NCBI GenBank assembly: GCA_965153355.1
Contig: OZ231126.1
Location: forward strand, 26,412,001-26,476,000
Reading direction: 5' to 3'
Origin: Flaccisagitta enflata
Taxonomy: Eukaryota
DNA length: 64,000 bases
The notes beneath the pieces were generated by a model, which was not told the origin of the DNA, made no database searches, and was given only the letters and a program-made list of their open reading frames with translations. The position numbers were made by a program, and so were the translations under genes. Positions 11,406 to 24,924 of the stretch are shown piece by piece; the stretch's first letter is position 1, and every line of letters starts with the position of its first letter.

Positions 11406-14373
11406 TCAGACCTTACTTTTGGTCTTCCCATGCTCTGCTTTATGTCTCTGAAACCAATCCTCCTTGCAACACTTGACGCTGCAATAAAGCGTCCTGTCCT
11501 CTACGCTTTTATAGGTATCTTTCTTGCATTTGACGCAAGTGAGGAAAGTGTGAGGCTCCATCTCGACTTTGTTGCAGACTCTGCATTGAGCAATGACGAC
11601 CATCGAGGCTTCATCATCCATCGTCTGAATATCGGATATCTTTGACGCGATTGAACATGGATCTGAGATACCGCTGTCTCGAGAAAAAGATCTGGACCGA
11701 GGCGCTTCCCAAACACGTTTGTCAACAGCACCCTCGTCATCTTGAAGGATTTTCATTGATTTTCCTAGTAAGTCGTTTTCTTTGAAATTAACTGCGAAAG
11801 GGCCTTCAAATGCATTCATGTGCAATGAGGCTTCCTCGTCATTGATTGAAGGACGTGTATTGCCCAAATCAGACAAATTAGTCAAAGACGTCGTAAGGAG
11901 GTCCGGTAGAATCAACATATACTTCTTTTGCGGGCTATTTAGATCACCATTGGATTTGCCCTCTGCATCATTTTGCCTTTCAATTTTGCCTTTAGAAAAG
12001 ACTTTTCGTCTGTTTTTTGTTTTGGACCATTTATGTTTTCTTGTACTGCCAAAACCTCGGAAAACCTTTTCTGGCTTTTTCTTTGACAGCCCCTCGGAAA
12101 AACTATCTATCCATTTGCAAATGGTAGTCACCAACAAGTGAATGGCAACGACGAAACTCCAAAGACATGACGCCAACCAGCAAATGCCATAGAAACCCGC
12201 GGTGAGAATTTGCCAGACATTTCCAATGAACCACACGCAGACGCGGGGAACAAATAAGATGGAAGCGACGATAATATTCAGCGCAGATTTGACTATTTTC
12301 AAAACTATTTTGCATAATTGAACAAACTTGCCAAAAAAGAAGAGCAGAATCCAACACAAAGCGCCTAGACCATATTCGGTGGGCGTTTTGAAAATTGAAA
12401 ATGGGAAATTTTGCATCAACCAAGATTTTGTGACGTCTTTGAGTTTTTTGGCGAGGAATTTTTCAAGTATAGTTTTTAAGTCGCAGTTGATATCTATTGA
12501 GTAGTTGTAAAAATCGATGAATTTGCTAACGCACGCCCAAGGCATCCAAACAGCCAAAAATATGACAATGGCGAGTAAGATTAGTTCAGGAAGAGTAAAG
12601 GATTCAAGAATGGATACTAAACTTGGGCTTGGAACGGAAATTGAACCTAGTCTTGAACCGGGGCTTGAGCCAGTACTTGGACTGGTATTTGCGTCAAGAT
12701 TAAATTTTTGTCTCCGACATGCACCTCGCAAGCACTCAAGGAAGCCTTTTCTCGGCTTTCTCGATCTGATTCCCTGATTGGACTGTTTTGTCATTTCCTG
12801 ATTCCAACTTGAGTAGGACGAGAAGCTGCCTCCCCAACCGCCCGAGTCAATCTTCACACGTTTGTATCTGTCAGAGGACACAAAATGGCATTTCGTTTGG
12901 CCATCATGCGCAGACAATACCTCCGCTGTGGCGTGTTCATGAGTTATTCCAATTATAGTTTCATCGGTGAAAGCCATAAACCCGTTATCCATATTCACCA
13001 AAAAGTGTTGACGACGGTTGTTGTTGCTTATTTCATCTGGATTGCATTTCCATTGTGGCTCTTTTTTATCACTTCTCAACATGTCCAAAGTACATTGCAG
13101 GTCATCTCCTGATCCAATTCCGTCTTCACCCAATCTCCTTTCCATCAGGTTAAAGTCGCAATAAAGCTTTGTGGATTCTAAATCAGACCGATATTGACAA
13201 TATTGCCGAGACAACCATTTTAAATTGACTTGGTCAGAGTTGAGATGCATTTGGAGATAATTTGGGTCAGAAAGTCGTTCATAATTGATGTTATTTGATG
13301 CAGAAAGGTCTACATAGGTCGGAAAACGCAACTTGGTTGACCAGGAATCGATATTCGTTGCTTTGTCGGAAGAATTGTCATTTTGCGTCACCGAATCGTC
13401 CTCTTTTCTGAGTGAATTTCCCGTCAATGAGTCTGTCTTTTCCTCCAAACTCAGCCGACCACCGGGGAAATGTCCTATCCAATCAATTTCCACACCGCGT
13501 GGAGTTTTATCCAGCGCGGGCGTCACGGTCAAATAAGATATCTCGAATCTCTCTAGATCAATGCCTGTCAGAAATGCGGAAGAGTGCTCAATCATGACAT
13601 TCACTTTTTCCATAGCCTCCTCCCCAAGCAGCTTGCCATAATCCAGTCTCGCTTCCAGCTCGATAACAAACTCTTCTATGGGCGAAAGCGTCTCCGCGGT
13701 CAGAGGTGTGTGAGCGTCCAAGGAATTTTCCCAATAGGAAAGCGTTTTGTTCCAGGCTGTAAACATGGAAGTGTGCCCGTCGACGAGGTATTTGATCTCA
13801 ACTATAAACTCGGCCAGATATTCGCCTTTGTGGCTGGTGAGCATCAACGCGGCGTCGGGATTCAGGTCGGCCATATTAAGGTGAATGGTCTCGTCAACAT
13901 TGGAAGGATTCAACACCCAATCTTTGAGATTGTTGATCTTTTGTCGTTTGTTAATGCGAATGGTTTTGTCCATTTCCCACGTGGCAAAGTCCCGGACTTT
14001 ATTGCCACCGCCGTCGCCGCCGCTGCCACGGTTGTTGCTGCTGCTGCCATCGTTGCCGCCGCCGCCGTCGCCGCTGCTTCCACCGCCGCCGCCGCCGCCG
14101 AGGCTGTCATAGATCGGCATTGTATAACGTATAAAATCTCGCCATTTCTCCGGTTTGACGCCGATTTTTGACGGCGTTTGAGGCCTGAAATCGCCGGACG
14201 ATGACGACTTTGGTTTCGGCTCGTCGTAGAAACAACCTAAGATATTGTCCCTGGTAACAATCGACGCCACCAGCGGGTTTTCGCGATGGTGAGTATCGCT
14301 GAATAAGGGATTGTAGTCTTTATTGACGCCAATTACCACTTTTTGCGACGCAGACGTGTCTTCGAATGTGACG

Positions 14374-14465
<92 letters not shown>

Positions 14466-14759
14466 GAATGTTGTTGTTGTTAATGTTGTTGTTGTTAATG
14501 TTGTTGTTGTTAATGTTGTTGTTGTTAATGTTGTTGTTGTTAATGTTGTTGTTGTTAATGTTGTTGTTGTTAATGTTGTTGTTGTTAATGTTGTTGTTGT
14601 TAATGTTGTTGTTGTTAATGTTGTTAATGTTGTTGTTAATGTTGTTAATGTTGTTGTTAATGTTGTTGTTGTTAATGTTGTTGTTGTTAATGTTGTTGTT
14701 GTTAATGTTGTTGTTGTTGTTAATGTTGTTGTTGTTGTTGTTAATGTTGTTGTTGTTAA

Positions 14760-14811
<52 letters not shown>

Positions 14812-15031
14812 GCTGTTGCTTTTATCTTTGAAAACGATTTGGTTTATGTTGTTTACGCGTATTTCATCATGATTCATGCGGCTGATATTTCCATATTCAT
14901 GCCACTTGTAGTCATTGGCATCTAGGCTTGGCAAATCGATTGATTGAAGGCGCAATTTTTTAGCGCTTAAGATATTGAAATTACCGTTGATATCGCTATT
15001 GATGGACATGTTGCTGCTGTTATCACGATCG

Positions 15032-15128
<97 letters not shown>

Positions 15129-15525
15129 AGGCACCGTTCAACTCGGCGGCCACTCTGAAGGAATCGACGAGAAGCAAAAAAGATCTGAGAACTTCTTTCG
15201 TCTTTCTAGCCGTAATTTTTCTCAGTTCGTCGATCAGAATTTGCGGTTGTTCTTCCTTAAAATATTTCATCGGGTTCGCGACGCAAGACGACATCGTATC
15301 ACGCCGTGGCTTCAGATGCATATCGATCAACCAATCGGGAATGAGTTTGAGGACGACGGGACGAATCAAGTATCCATCTTGACTGTAGACGGTTTCTTTA
15401 AGATAGACTTGATGACAATCGTCTTCGGTTAAAGATTCGTGGATTGGAAGTTTGGAGGCGTCGACGACTGAATCGAGGTGAATCGCCGCCAGCAGCAGCA
15501 TCACGCTGATTATCAAGTTCATCAT
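11406..15525 (-). CDS. Paralog C, ~1372 aa after correcting one frameshift: signal peptide, Asn- and Gly-rich inserts, F/Env-like ectodomain, several TM segments, C-terminal MYND-type zinc finger
   Basis: Track ORFs 14320-15618 and 11406-14339 join if the extra G at 14466 is removed (4119 nt, 1373 codons). Start MMNLIISVMLLLAAIHLDSVVDA at 15525. Family motif DCHQVYLKETVYSQDGYLIRPVVLKLIPDWL. Hydrophobic segments include LPELILLAIVIFLAVWMPW, GLGALCWILLFFFG and AGFYGICWLASCLWSFVVAIHLLV. Confidence 0.8.
11430..11590 (-). other. MYND-type zinc finger coding segment
   Basis: CRVCNK...FLTCVKCKK...LYCSVKCCKEDWFQRHKAEH fits the MYND pattern CxxC...CxxC...YCSxxCQxxDWxxHKxxC, with His at the last ligand position. 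Confidence 0.8.
14373..14812. repeat. Coding (GTT)n and (GTT)3-4(AAT) compound microsatellite, poly-Asn/Ile on the minus strand
   Basis: Read directly. Other (GTT)n tracts are at 251-340, ~15031-15126, ~16141-16291 and ~17416-17521. Confidence 0.95.
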
Positions 15526-16216
15526 TTTGATGAGGTTGCGTGTCAGATTGTCATCGATGTAGGCACCTTTTAAGTGGATGATTATTGTTTTCAATGAAAC
15601 AAAAACATTCCGTGTCAATTCTTCTTTAACTTTTCACTTTCATTACGTGAATGGATCTGAAATGCAAAAAGAAGAATTTAGTGGACAAAAGATTGTACCT
15701 ATAATGGAGTACGTTATGACGCCGCTGGCGTTATTAGAGCTGCTGGCGTTGTATGCGCTACTGGCGTCATTATCAACTTCAGTATCCAAACAAGGCCGGA
15801 TACACGGCTACCCAAGTCGCGTGCGGGTGGGCAGGAGGAGTGACAAAAGATAGCTAAATAAGTTGTTTGGAGGGAGCAGTAATGCAAAAATCACCCGCAA
15901 AGGCCAAAAAAGTTAAGAGTTACTAACCAACGGATAGACCGACCAATCAGTGGCAGTGATAAGAAAAGCTAACCAAGCTGATTGGCAGGAGCAGTAATGC
16001 AAAAACCACCCGCAAAGGCCAAAAAAGTTAAGTGTTACTAACCGACGGATAGACCGACCGATCATTGATATTGTTACACTTGCTGTCGTGGTTGTCGACG
16101 TTTTGGATAATGGCGTTATCGTCGTTTTTGTGGATGCTAATGTTGTTGTTGTTTTTGTTGTTATTGTTGTTATTGTTGTTATTGTTGTTATTGTTGTTAT
16201 TGTTGTTATTGTTGTT

Positions 16217-16291
<75 letters not shown>

Positions 16292-16311
16292 GATGTTAAC
16301 CTCGAAGTGTG

Positions 16312-16660
16312 GTTGGGCAGCGGCCTCAAAGGGGTCGATGACCTATGCTTTCACACATGGGGAGTTTTCTCCTCCTCCTTCTTCTTCTTCATACCCTCTC
16401 CCCCCAACCTCCAGGCCCATATCCCAGCCTTGAGGCCCATATCCCAGCCTTGAGGCCTCAAGACTGGGATTTGGGCCTCGAGGCTGGGATATGGGCCCTT
16501 GGAGTAGTTGGGGGGAGGGGGGTGTGTGGGAGAAGAAGGAGGAAGAGAGAAAATTCCCCATATGTGTGAAAGCATAGGTCATCGACCCCTTTGGGGCTGT
16601 TACCCTGCTCCCTCCCTCAACTTCAATCATAACCAATGAGTCAATGACCATCTAACGCTT
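16312..16660 (-). mobile_element. Related element with subterminal inverted repeats and a 20-bp repeat core
   Basis: gcagcggcctcaaaggggtcgatgacctatgctttcacacatgggg and its reverse complement at ~16556-16600, with (aggcccatatcccagccttg) repeats between them. Confidence 0.65.
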
Positions 16661-16723
16661 TTGCGACTATTTTCGTTTTTGCTATTCTCAATGATCATGT
16701 CGTCCATCACTGCTGTCTCACAC

Positions 16724-17307
16724 AAGGTTTGAGACAAGAATGATATAACTATGCGTTTTTTTGCATTTTTGTATAGGTCATGAGCATGCAAACAAAGAAC
16801 CATCAAGTAGAAAATCTTTCCTGTGGCACTTTTTGAAAAAAATCAATAATTCAAGATTTTTTGCTTTATTTTCTATGGACAATTTTTTAGGTTGGTTTGA
16901 CCTTTTTTCTTACAGCATAATGTTAATCCTAAAAAAATTCTGATTCATTTAATAGGTCAAACTATATGCTTTTCAAAAGAAAAAAAAATCATTCTAAAGC
17001 CACCGTTACAAAATTAGAGCGGTGGCCTAAAATATGAAAAATTTATTTCTTATGAAAACCACATAGTGCGACCTATCAAATGAATCAGGATTTTATTAGG
17101 ATTAACAATATGCTGTCAAAAAATAGGTCAAACCGACCTAAAAAATAATTTAAAAAAAAAAATAAAGCTAAAAATATTGAATTTTTCATTTATTTCAAAA
17201 AGCGCCTTAGGAAAGATTTTCTACTTGATGGTTCTTGGTTTGTATACCCATGACCTATGCAAAACTACAAAAACCTGCATGGTTTTATCATTCTTGTCTC
17301 AAACCTT
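16724..17307. mobile_element. Fold-back MITE with inverted arms of roughly 250 bp
   Basis: aaggtttgagacaagaatgata...gaaccatcaagtagaaaatctttcct is mirrored at 17207-17307 and the symmetry continues toward the centre. No clear TSD. Confidence 0.8.
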
Positions 17308-17415
17308 TGTTATTGTTTTTGTTGTCGGTTTCGTCACTGCCGATGCTGTTTGCGTTGATGTTATCGTTGTCACCTCTGATGTCATTGTTATTAGTATTTC
17401 CATTTTTGCTGCTGC

Positions 17416-17522
<107 letters not shown>

Positions 17523-18158
17523 TCGATGATGTTTTTGTCGTCGTTGCTGCTTTTGTCATTGTTGTTGCTGTCCTCGTTATCGTGGCCATTATAAGAGTTG
17601 ATGGTAATATTGTCGTTACTGTCATCATTGTTAACGTTGTTGCTGTTGTTGTTGTTGTTGCTGTTGCTGTTGTTATTGTTATTGTTATTGTCCTAAACCG
17701 TCAGAAGTTTGATCGACGTCGGAAAAAGGAGGAAGCCATCCTCGTAAATGACCTCGCGATCGTTGATAGTGTTACAAGTTGACGGATGAAGAAAAGTCTT
17801 GCGACGTAAGTTGGTGTTGTTTGAGGCGTTGTCGTGGCCGCCGGTGTTGGTTGAATTGTTGTTGGCGTTCTTGAAAGTGTTTTCAACGTTGCTGGTGGCG
17901 TTGCTCCCGATGTTCCCGATAGGGTCGAGGTTGGCGTTGAAGTCATCACTGCTGACATTGATGGCGCTACAAGTCAATGGACGAAGTAACGCCTTCCGCG
18001 GGGAAATGGGGTAGTTAGTTGTCTCTCTGAAGTTTTTGCACGCTGAATTACTGTTCGGACGACGTTCAGACAGACAGGCACTGGCAAGCAATTTCAGACC
18101 AGAAGACAGAAAAATGAAAAGATCTGCAAGGACGTAAACAGTACTCCAGCGAAATTAC

Positions 18159-18279
18159 CATTTTGTCTTTGATTTTCGAAGACGACTCAGCAGATTTCTT
18201 TGATTACACTTTGGTCTTTGATTTCAGGTCTCAGTAGGGTAACATTCGTCACAAGCGCTTTGATCATTTGAACCCTTAA
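18159..18279 (-). other. Homolog of the upstream exon at locus D
   Basis: ttgttgcag acceptor, then ...tcaaagaaatctgctgagtcgtcttcgaaaatcaaagacaaaATG|gtaatt, alignable with 6197-6323. Confidence 0.6.
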
Positions 18280-18517
18280 CTGCAACAATTATTAGAAAAC
18301 AACATTTGGCACACATGGAACAAAAGCAAGCAAATCGTAAAAGATACGAATAAGATTTTGAGATTCAAATATTTTAAGGAACACACATAAATTTTGGGTC
18401 TCAGACAAGAATTTCTGTCGCATGCGTCCTGAGTAAAATCGCATTTGGCGTCTTTGTTATTACAAAAAAAATTGGCCAGAGGTCAACAACCAATACGGAT
18501 CAATGTGGTAATAATGA

Positions 18518-18688
18518 GAACAAGGCCGGATACACGGCCAATACCAGTCGCGGACGGGTGGGCAGGGGCGGAAATGCGCGTTTTCACACTTTCCAACTCG
18601 TTCACCACGGACCGACCAACCGACCAACCAACCGACCAACGGACGGACGGACAAAGCCTCTTATAGAGTCGCTTGTCCGCGACTAAAA
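18518..18688 (+). mobile_element. Short interspersed Helentron/DINE-1-like element (representative copy)
   Basis: aacaaggccggatacacggc...gcggacgggtgggcagggg, a (gacc/gacg)n tract, then ttatagagtcgcttgtccgcgactaaaaa as a 3' hairpin. Related copies lie at ~3106-3265, 4160-4357, 4745-5760 (split), 5078-5300 (-), 6573-6682, 10236-10548, 15789-16060, 18795-18925 (-), 21577-21780 and 26600-26745. Confidence 0.7.
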
Positions 18689-19989
18689 AGAAAACACAGC
18701 AACCAAATGACTGCAAAACGCAAAAAATTCTCACAAGTCACCGGCTTGTCGAGTTTTATGATGAACAGATATTAAAACGGTGAAGAATACACTTTTTAGG
18801 TGCGACAAAGCACCTCTATAACTGGCTGTGTCCGTTGGTTGGTCGGTTGGTCGGTCTATCGGTCGGAAAACGCATTCATTTGACGATCCACACGTCGCAC
18901 CTTATTGGCCTACTTGGCCTTGTTTTATACATTTGAAGGTTACAAATCTTGAGAAAAAAATTTTGCTTAAGGTTATATCTAAAGAACATTGATAAAACAC
19001 TTTAAATCTAGTATGATTAAGATAACAGCTCGTGATTTTTGATATGAATACTACATCCCTAAACTTTAATGTTTAGCAGTTGTTTTAACTGTACTTCAAA
19101 AAAATATATTCAGCATAATTGAGTTACGTCATGGTGTACACGAATAGGAAATTTTGGTTTCACCCTACTTTTTGCTTGTCATATAGATTTATAATAAAAA
19201 AATAGTATTGAAATTTCAGTTGAGTATTTTTTATACAATATGTAAGGTGTCTTGACAATGCTTTTAAACCCAGAATACTGACAATGATTTCATAATGATC
19301 AGAAATAGAAATTGAATATTTGAATTCCTTAAAAAAAGAGTGAACAAAATTTCAGAATGTTTTCAAATAAAATTATATCATATCCTCAGTAGAGAAAATT
19401 TTGCATTTCTAAGAACATGGCCCTTTTATATGTTTTTAAAGAGAGGCCATGTTCTTGGAAATGCAAATCTCTTTATTTCTATGTAATGATATAATTTCAC
19501 CCAAAAGGAGTGGGATAACAAAGTATAATTTTCTATAAAAAAACCTTCTATTCTGTACCTTTTTTCAATATATTACGTACATCAATTCATATATCAGAGA
19601 TAATCTATGCAAAAATATATTGTTCAACACTCAAAAAATGTTTTTTCAACACAAAAAATCATAAAGAAATAATTGGGAAAAAAATCGAAAAACGTTTTTC
19701 GATTTTTTTAGTTCCGGGTTAGGAATTAATGTTTCCCTTTTTCGCTTGAGACAATTTGGGGAAGTTGAGTCAGAACTAGGCTCGCCCGTGGCTGGGGTTG
19801 AAATTGGTACAGGGTGAAAGAGGGCACTTTTTTACACCTTCTGGAAAAAAGCAGGGCACTGTGGGACCAATACTTTAGGCGCTATGAATTTTTTAATCTT
19901 TTTTCATATTTTCCGCATATTTTTTAAAGATCGATATTTTTCATCAATCTCAATTTCGGGCCTTATGTAACAACAAAAATGATTTCAGC

Positions 19990-20652
<663 letters not shown>

Positions 20653-22972
20653 CAGGCAAGTGAATGTGATGAGGAGAAAGAAGAAACTGAAAAAAAACAA
20701 AAACAATTTTACGATTTTTTTCCGGTCGGCGAGAGCCGCCTTTACTGGTATAAAAAATATCTAGAAAAATGTAATGACCAATGAAATTTCTTCTTCCCGT
20801 ACACTGCGTCTTACAGTACATTTTAAAGGCATGATTCACGATTCAGCGGGCGGGGATGGGTGAAAATGAGGCAATTTCAAAATGATGAAAATCCAATAAA
20901 ACTATACATTACTTTGAAGGTAATACATTATTACTTATAAATCTATACTTGGATTTCATTAGCAATTCTCAATTTTTATGCAAATTAGGTTGAAATGAAG
21001 AAATAAAAAATTCTCAGGTTTTTCATAATTTTGCTATTTTCTCTTATTGACTCAAAGTAGTTTTGAGTATTTTTATAAATCAAAAGAGCATTATGTTTAG
21101 AAACTTGTTGGTGACAATCATGAAGGTTAATAGGCCCTAAAAACCTTGTGTAATGTGTCAGAAAGGCTCAAAATAGCCCAAAATAAGTCTTTAATTGATG
21201 TTTTAGATGTTTGGATAATTCCTACAAAAACAAATGCTAAAAATATTGATTATACACTTTAATCTAGTGCAGGAGAACTATTCAAAATATAAGATTAAGG
21301 TTTAGGGACCTTTAAGGGCCCATCAAGGTGGCTGAAAAGGCTAAAATTGAGATATATTGGATCAATTTTAACAAAGTGCGACTTTTTCATTGACACCTGA
21401 TGCAGTAAAACTATCTTAAACAAGATTGACTACCTAGGGGCCCACCAAGGATGCCCAAAGGGTTCATATTACCAAAAAGTTATTAAAATCTTAATATGTT
21501 TGATGAATTTGATAACAGGTTTTATAGGAGTGCTAAATTATCTGTTACATTTATTAAACAACACTATTGGGAATAAAAACAAGGTCAGATACATGGCTAC
21601 CTCAATTGTGTGCGTCAATTGTGTGCGGGTGGGCAGGAAAAGTGAGGCCAAAGACAGCAGATATCAAAAAAAAGTAAAGTGTGGCCGACCAATAGATAGA
21701 CCGACGGACAGACATATTGACAAACCAACAGACCAATGGTCCGACAAAGCATGGTGTAGAGTCGCGTAGCAATTGACTAACAATGAAAATAAATATCTCT
21801 AAAAGGCTCCTTTTGATGACTTGAAAAGCTCAAAATAACCAAATTTAACAAAATTATTTTATGATATTTTCTAGTTGCATGCGATCGTTGATTTGAGCAA
21901 ATGCACTTTGCTTGGTGGCAAATAATAGTACTTTTAACGATCTTTACAACAGTCACTGATTCTTTTAATGCCTCGTTAATTGATGCATCTATGAAATATC
22001 CAATTGAAAATGCTAGAATATCAAAAAGAAAATTTATGATTTTAACTATCTAGGAAAACATTTTAGCAACACCTTGGAATTTATGGGAATTTCTTTTAAA
22101 AATATCATCCTTTTAATCATTTTCATGATTTTTATGTTTCATGATCTTTTATTTCAATAACAATCCAGGCTGTATCTTGGCAATGTGATTTCTTGAGCTT
22201 ATGTGCTTGGTACTGCATAATTGTGTTTGATAATTCATTAGAGATTTTGTTTCACTGAAAGTTTTCATTGCTTTGCTTGTTATTTCTAAAAGCTTAAAGC
22301 TACAAAAACCTGATTGTGCTTATCTTGTAGATTTTTTGATGTAGATTTTTTTGCTTTTTTTTTAAAAAATCTTTCGCTTTTCAAGAAGCTAAAATAATCT
22401 AAGATTAAGCTATGTCTAATCTTTTTAAGCGGTTTGAGCAACAGGATTAAAGATTTTTTTTTGAAGTAGAATACTTGTATTCTTAAAAGAAGTTTCTAGC
22501 TTTTCTTGAAACAGAGATGTGCTTTGTAGAAGGTGTCACTTAACTTATTTCCTAGATAGCACCTTGTAGATCAAGGTGACCATTTTTATTCTTGCCACTG
22601 TAAAATCTAAATGGTTTGTGATGCTGTATTCTGTCTGATGGCATTAGATCCAATTTTTTCCTTTTAGAAGTCACTAATTTTGTGTTGTTTTTTTTTTAAA
22701 TCCATGTACAATTTAAGAAAATTGAGCCTGACTCTCAATTTGAGCAAAGTAGTAGGTAGGTCATTGACACTATCCAGATTTTAGTTATACTTAGGCTTTT
22801 TGAACGTTATGGGCTTTCAAGTAGGTCCCCCAAGGGAGCTGATCTCTTAGTCTTATTCCTTTATGATTTCCTCGCATAAGGTGACATTGACTTGATTGAA
22901 AATCCAGTACTCCCCTAAAGCTGTATTGGTTTGAATTACAAAAGTATCTAGATTTGAGGCAATTTGGTCCAT

Positions 22973-24380
22973 TTTTGGGCAGCGGCCCCGAAGGGGACAA
23001 AGTCCTGTAGGACACAGGGGGACTTTCGTTCGTCCGTCCGTCCGTCCGTCCGTTCGTTATTCCCCCCCCTTCATCAGACCCCTCAGGCCTCAAATCTGGC
23101 CTCTCAGGCCTCAAATCTGGCCTCTCAGGCCTCAAATCCAGCCTCTCAGGCCTCAAATCTGGCCTCCCAGGCCTCAAATCTGGCCTCTCAAGCCTCAAAT
23201 CTGGCCTCTCAGGCCTCTCAGGCCTTGAATCTGGCCTCTCAGGCCTCTCAGGCCTTGAATCTGGCCTCTCATGCCTCAAACCTGGCCTCTTAGGCCTCAA
23301 ATCTGGCTTCTCAGGCCTCAAATCCAAATTCTCAGGCCTCAAACCTGGACTCTCATTCCTCAAACTAGGCCTCTCAGGCCTCAAATCAGCCATCTAAACC
23401 TCAATTTATTGCTCCCAGGCTTCAAATCAGTCCTCTGGCCTTTCAAGCCTTAATCCAGCTCTCTCGAGCCTCAAGTCAGCCCTCTCAAGCTTCCAATTGG
23501 CATTCTCAGGCCTTATATCAGCCTTCTTAGGCCTCAGTTTAGGCTCTTGAATGCCTTCAGTCAGCCCTCTATAGCATCTCATCCACTTCTTCAGGTAGGA
23601 CGAACGAATGTCCCCCTGTGTTCTACAGGACTTCGTCCCCTTCGGGGCCGCTGCCCTGCTTCCCCTCACTCCAATTCACAATCACTCAAAGCAGGGCAAC
23701 GGGTATCGCTGACCACATTTTGCCCTTGGGCGACCTGTTAGCCTTTTGGGTAGCGGCCCCGAAGGGGACAGAGTCCTGTAGAACACAGGGGGACTTTCGT
23801 TTGTTCGTCAGTTAGTTCGTCCCCCCCCTTATCAGGCCCCTCAGGCCTAAAATCTGGCCTCTCAGGCCTCAAATCCAGCCTCTCAGGCCTCAAATCCAGC
23901 CTCTCAGGCCTCTAATCCAGCCTCTCCGGCCTCAAATCCAGCTTCTCAGGCCTCAAATCCGGCCTCTCAGGCCTCAAATCCGACCTCTCAGGCCTCAAAT
24001 CCGACCTCTCAGGCCTCAAACCTGGCCTTTCAGACCTCAAATTAGGCCTTGCAGGCCTCAAATCAAAATTCCCATGCCTCAAACCTGTCCTCTCATGCCT
24101 AAAATTAGGCCTCAAGTTAGTCCTCTCAAGCTTCCAATTGGCATTTTCAGGCCTTACATCAGCCTTCTTAGACCTCAATTTAAGCTCTTGAAGGCCTTCA
24201 GTCAACCCTCTATGTAGCGCCTCATCCACGTAAGGCAGGACGAATGAAAGTCCCTCTGTGTTCTACCGGACTTTGTCCCCTTCGGGGACACTGCCCTGCT
24301 TCCCCTCACTCCAACTCACAATCACTCAAAGCAGGGCAAAGGGTATCGCTGACCATATATTACCCTTGGGCGACCTGTTA
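22973..24380 (-). mobile_element. Two head-to-tail copies of the same 21-bp-minisatellite element family
   Basis: Each copy has gcggccccgaaggggaca..gtcctgtag, (aggcctcaaatctggcctctc)n, the inverted repeat, and the end aagcagggcaa.gggtatcgctgacca...cccttgggcgacctgtt. The copies join at ~23741-23745. Confidence 0.75.
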
Positions 24381-24924
24381 AGCCCTTGCATGGATCACCA
24401 ATGAATCCCCAATTATGCTTTTGTTTCCATTTAGTATCAGGAGACAGGAACTGGACAGAAAATTTAGTCATAATTTTGCTTGTTTTTGGTTACTTTGAGC
24501 CCATTGAGACTCTTGGAGGGGTCTTCAAGGGGTCTTTTATCATAATTTTCATCTCCCCAGAGCTTCCCTATGTCACATGATAGTGACTTAACATAAAATT
24601 CTGCCCTCCCTTGAAATTGGACCGCTTTAACTGATAATGATATCAGAATTTTGATTTTTTTACATCTTTTTAGTTCATTTTGAGCTTTTTGAGCCCCCAA
24701 ATGGATCTGTAATGGGCCCCTAACCTTCACCTCTGTTCCCAAATAGAATGCCCGTATCAAGTTCCAGTAACTGAACAAAAAAAATTAGCACTACTTTGGA
24801 ATTGGATCATTTTGATTACCAAAAACGCTAAAATTTTGATTGTTTTGGGCCATTTTGAGCTTTTTGAGCCCCCAGAATAGACTCCCAAGGGGCCCTTGGC
24901 CGTTGTTTTATTCCCCCTACAGGT

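Noticed and set aside
14320-14466. Poly-Gln C-terminus of the 432-aa ORF and GTG start of the 977-aa ORF
   Set aside because: Both result from the single-base frameshift at 14466; the Asn frame continues into the 977-aa ORF.
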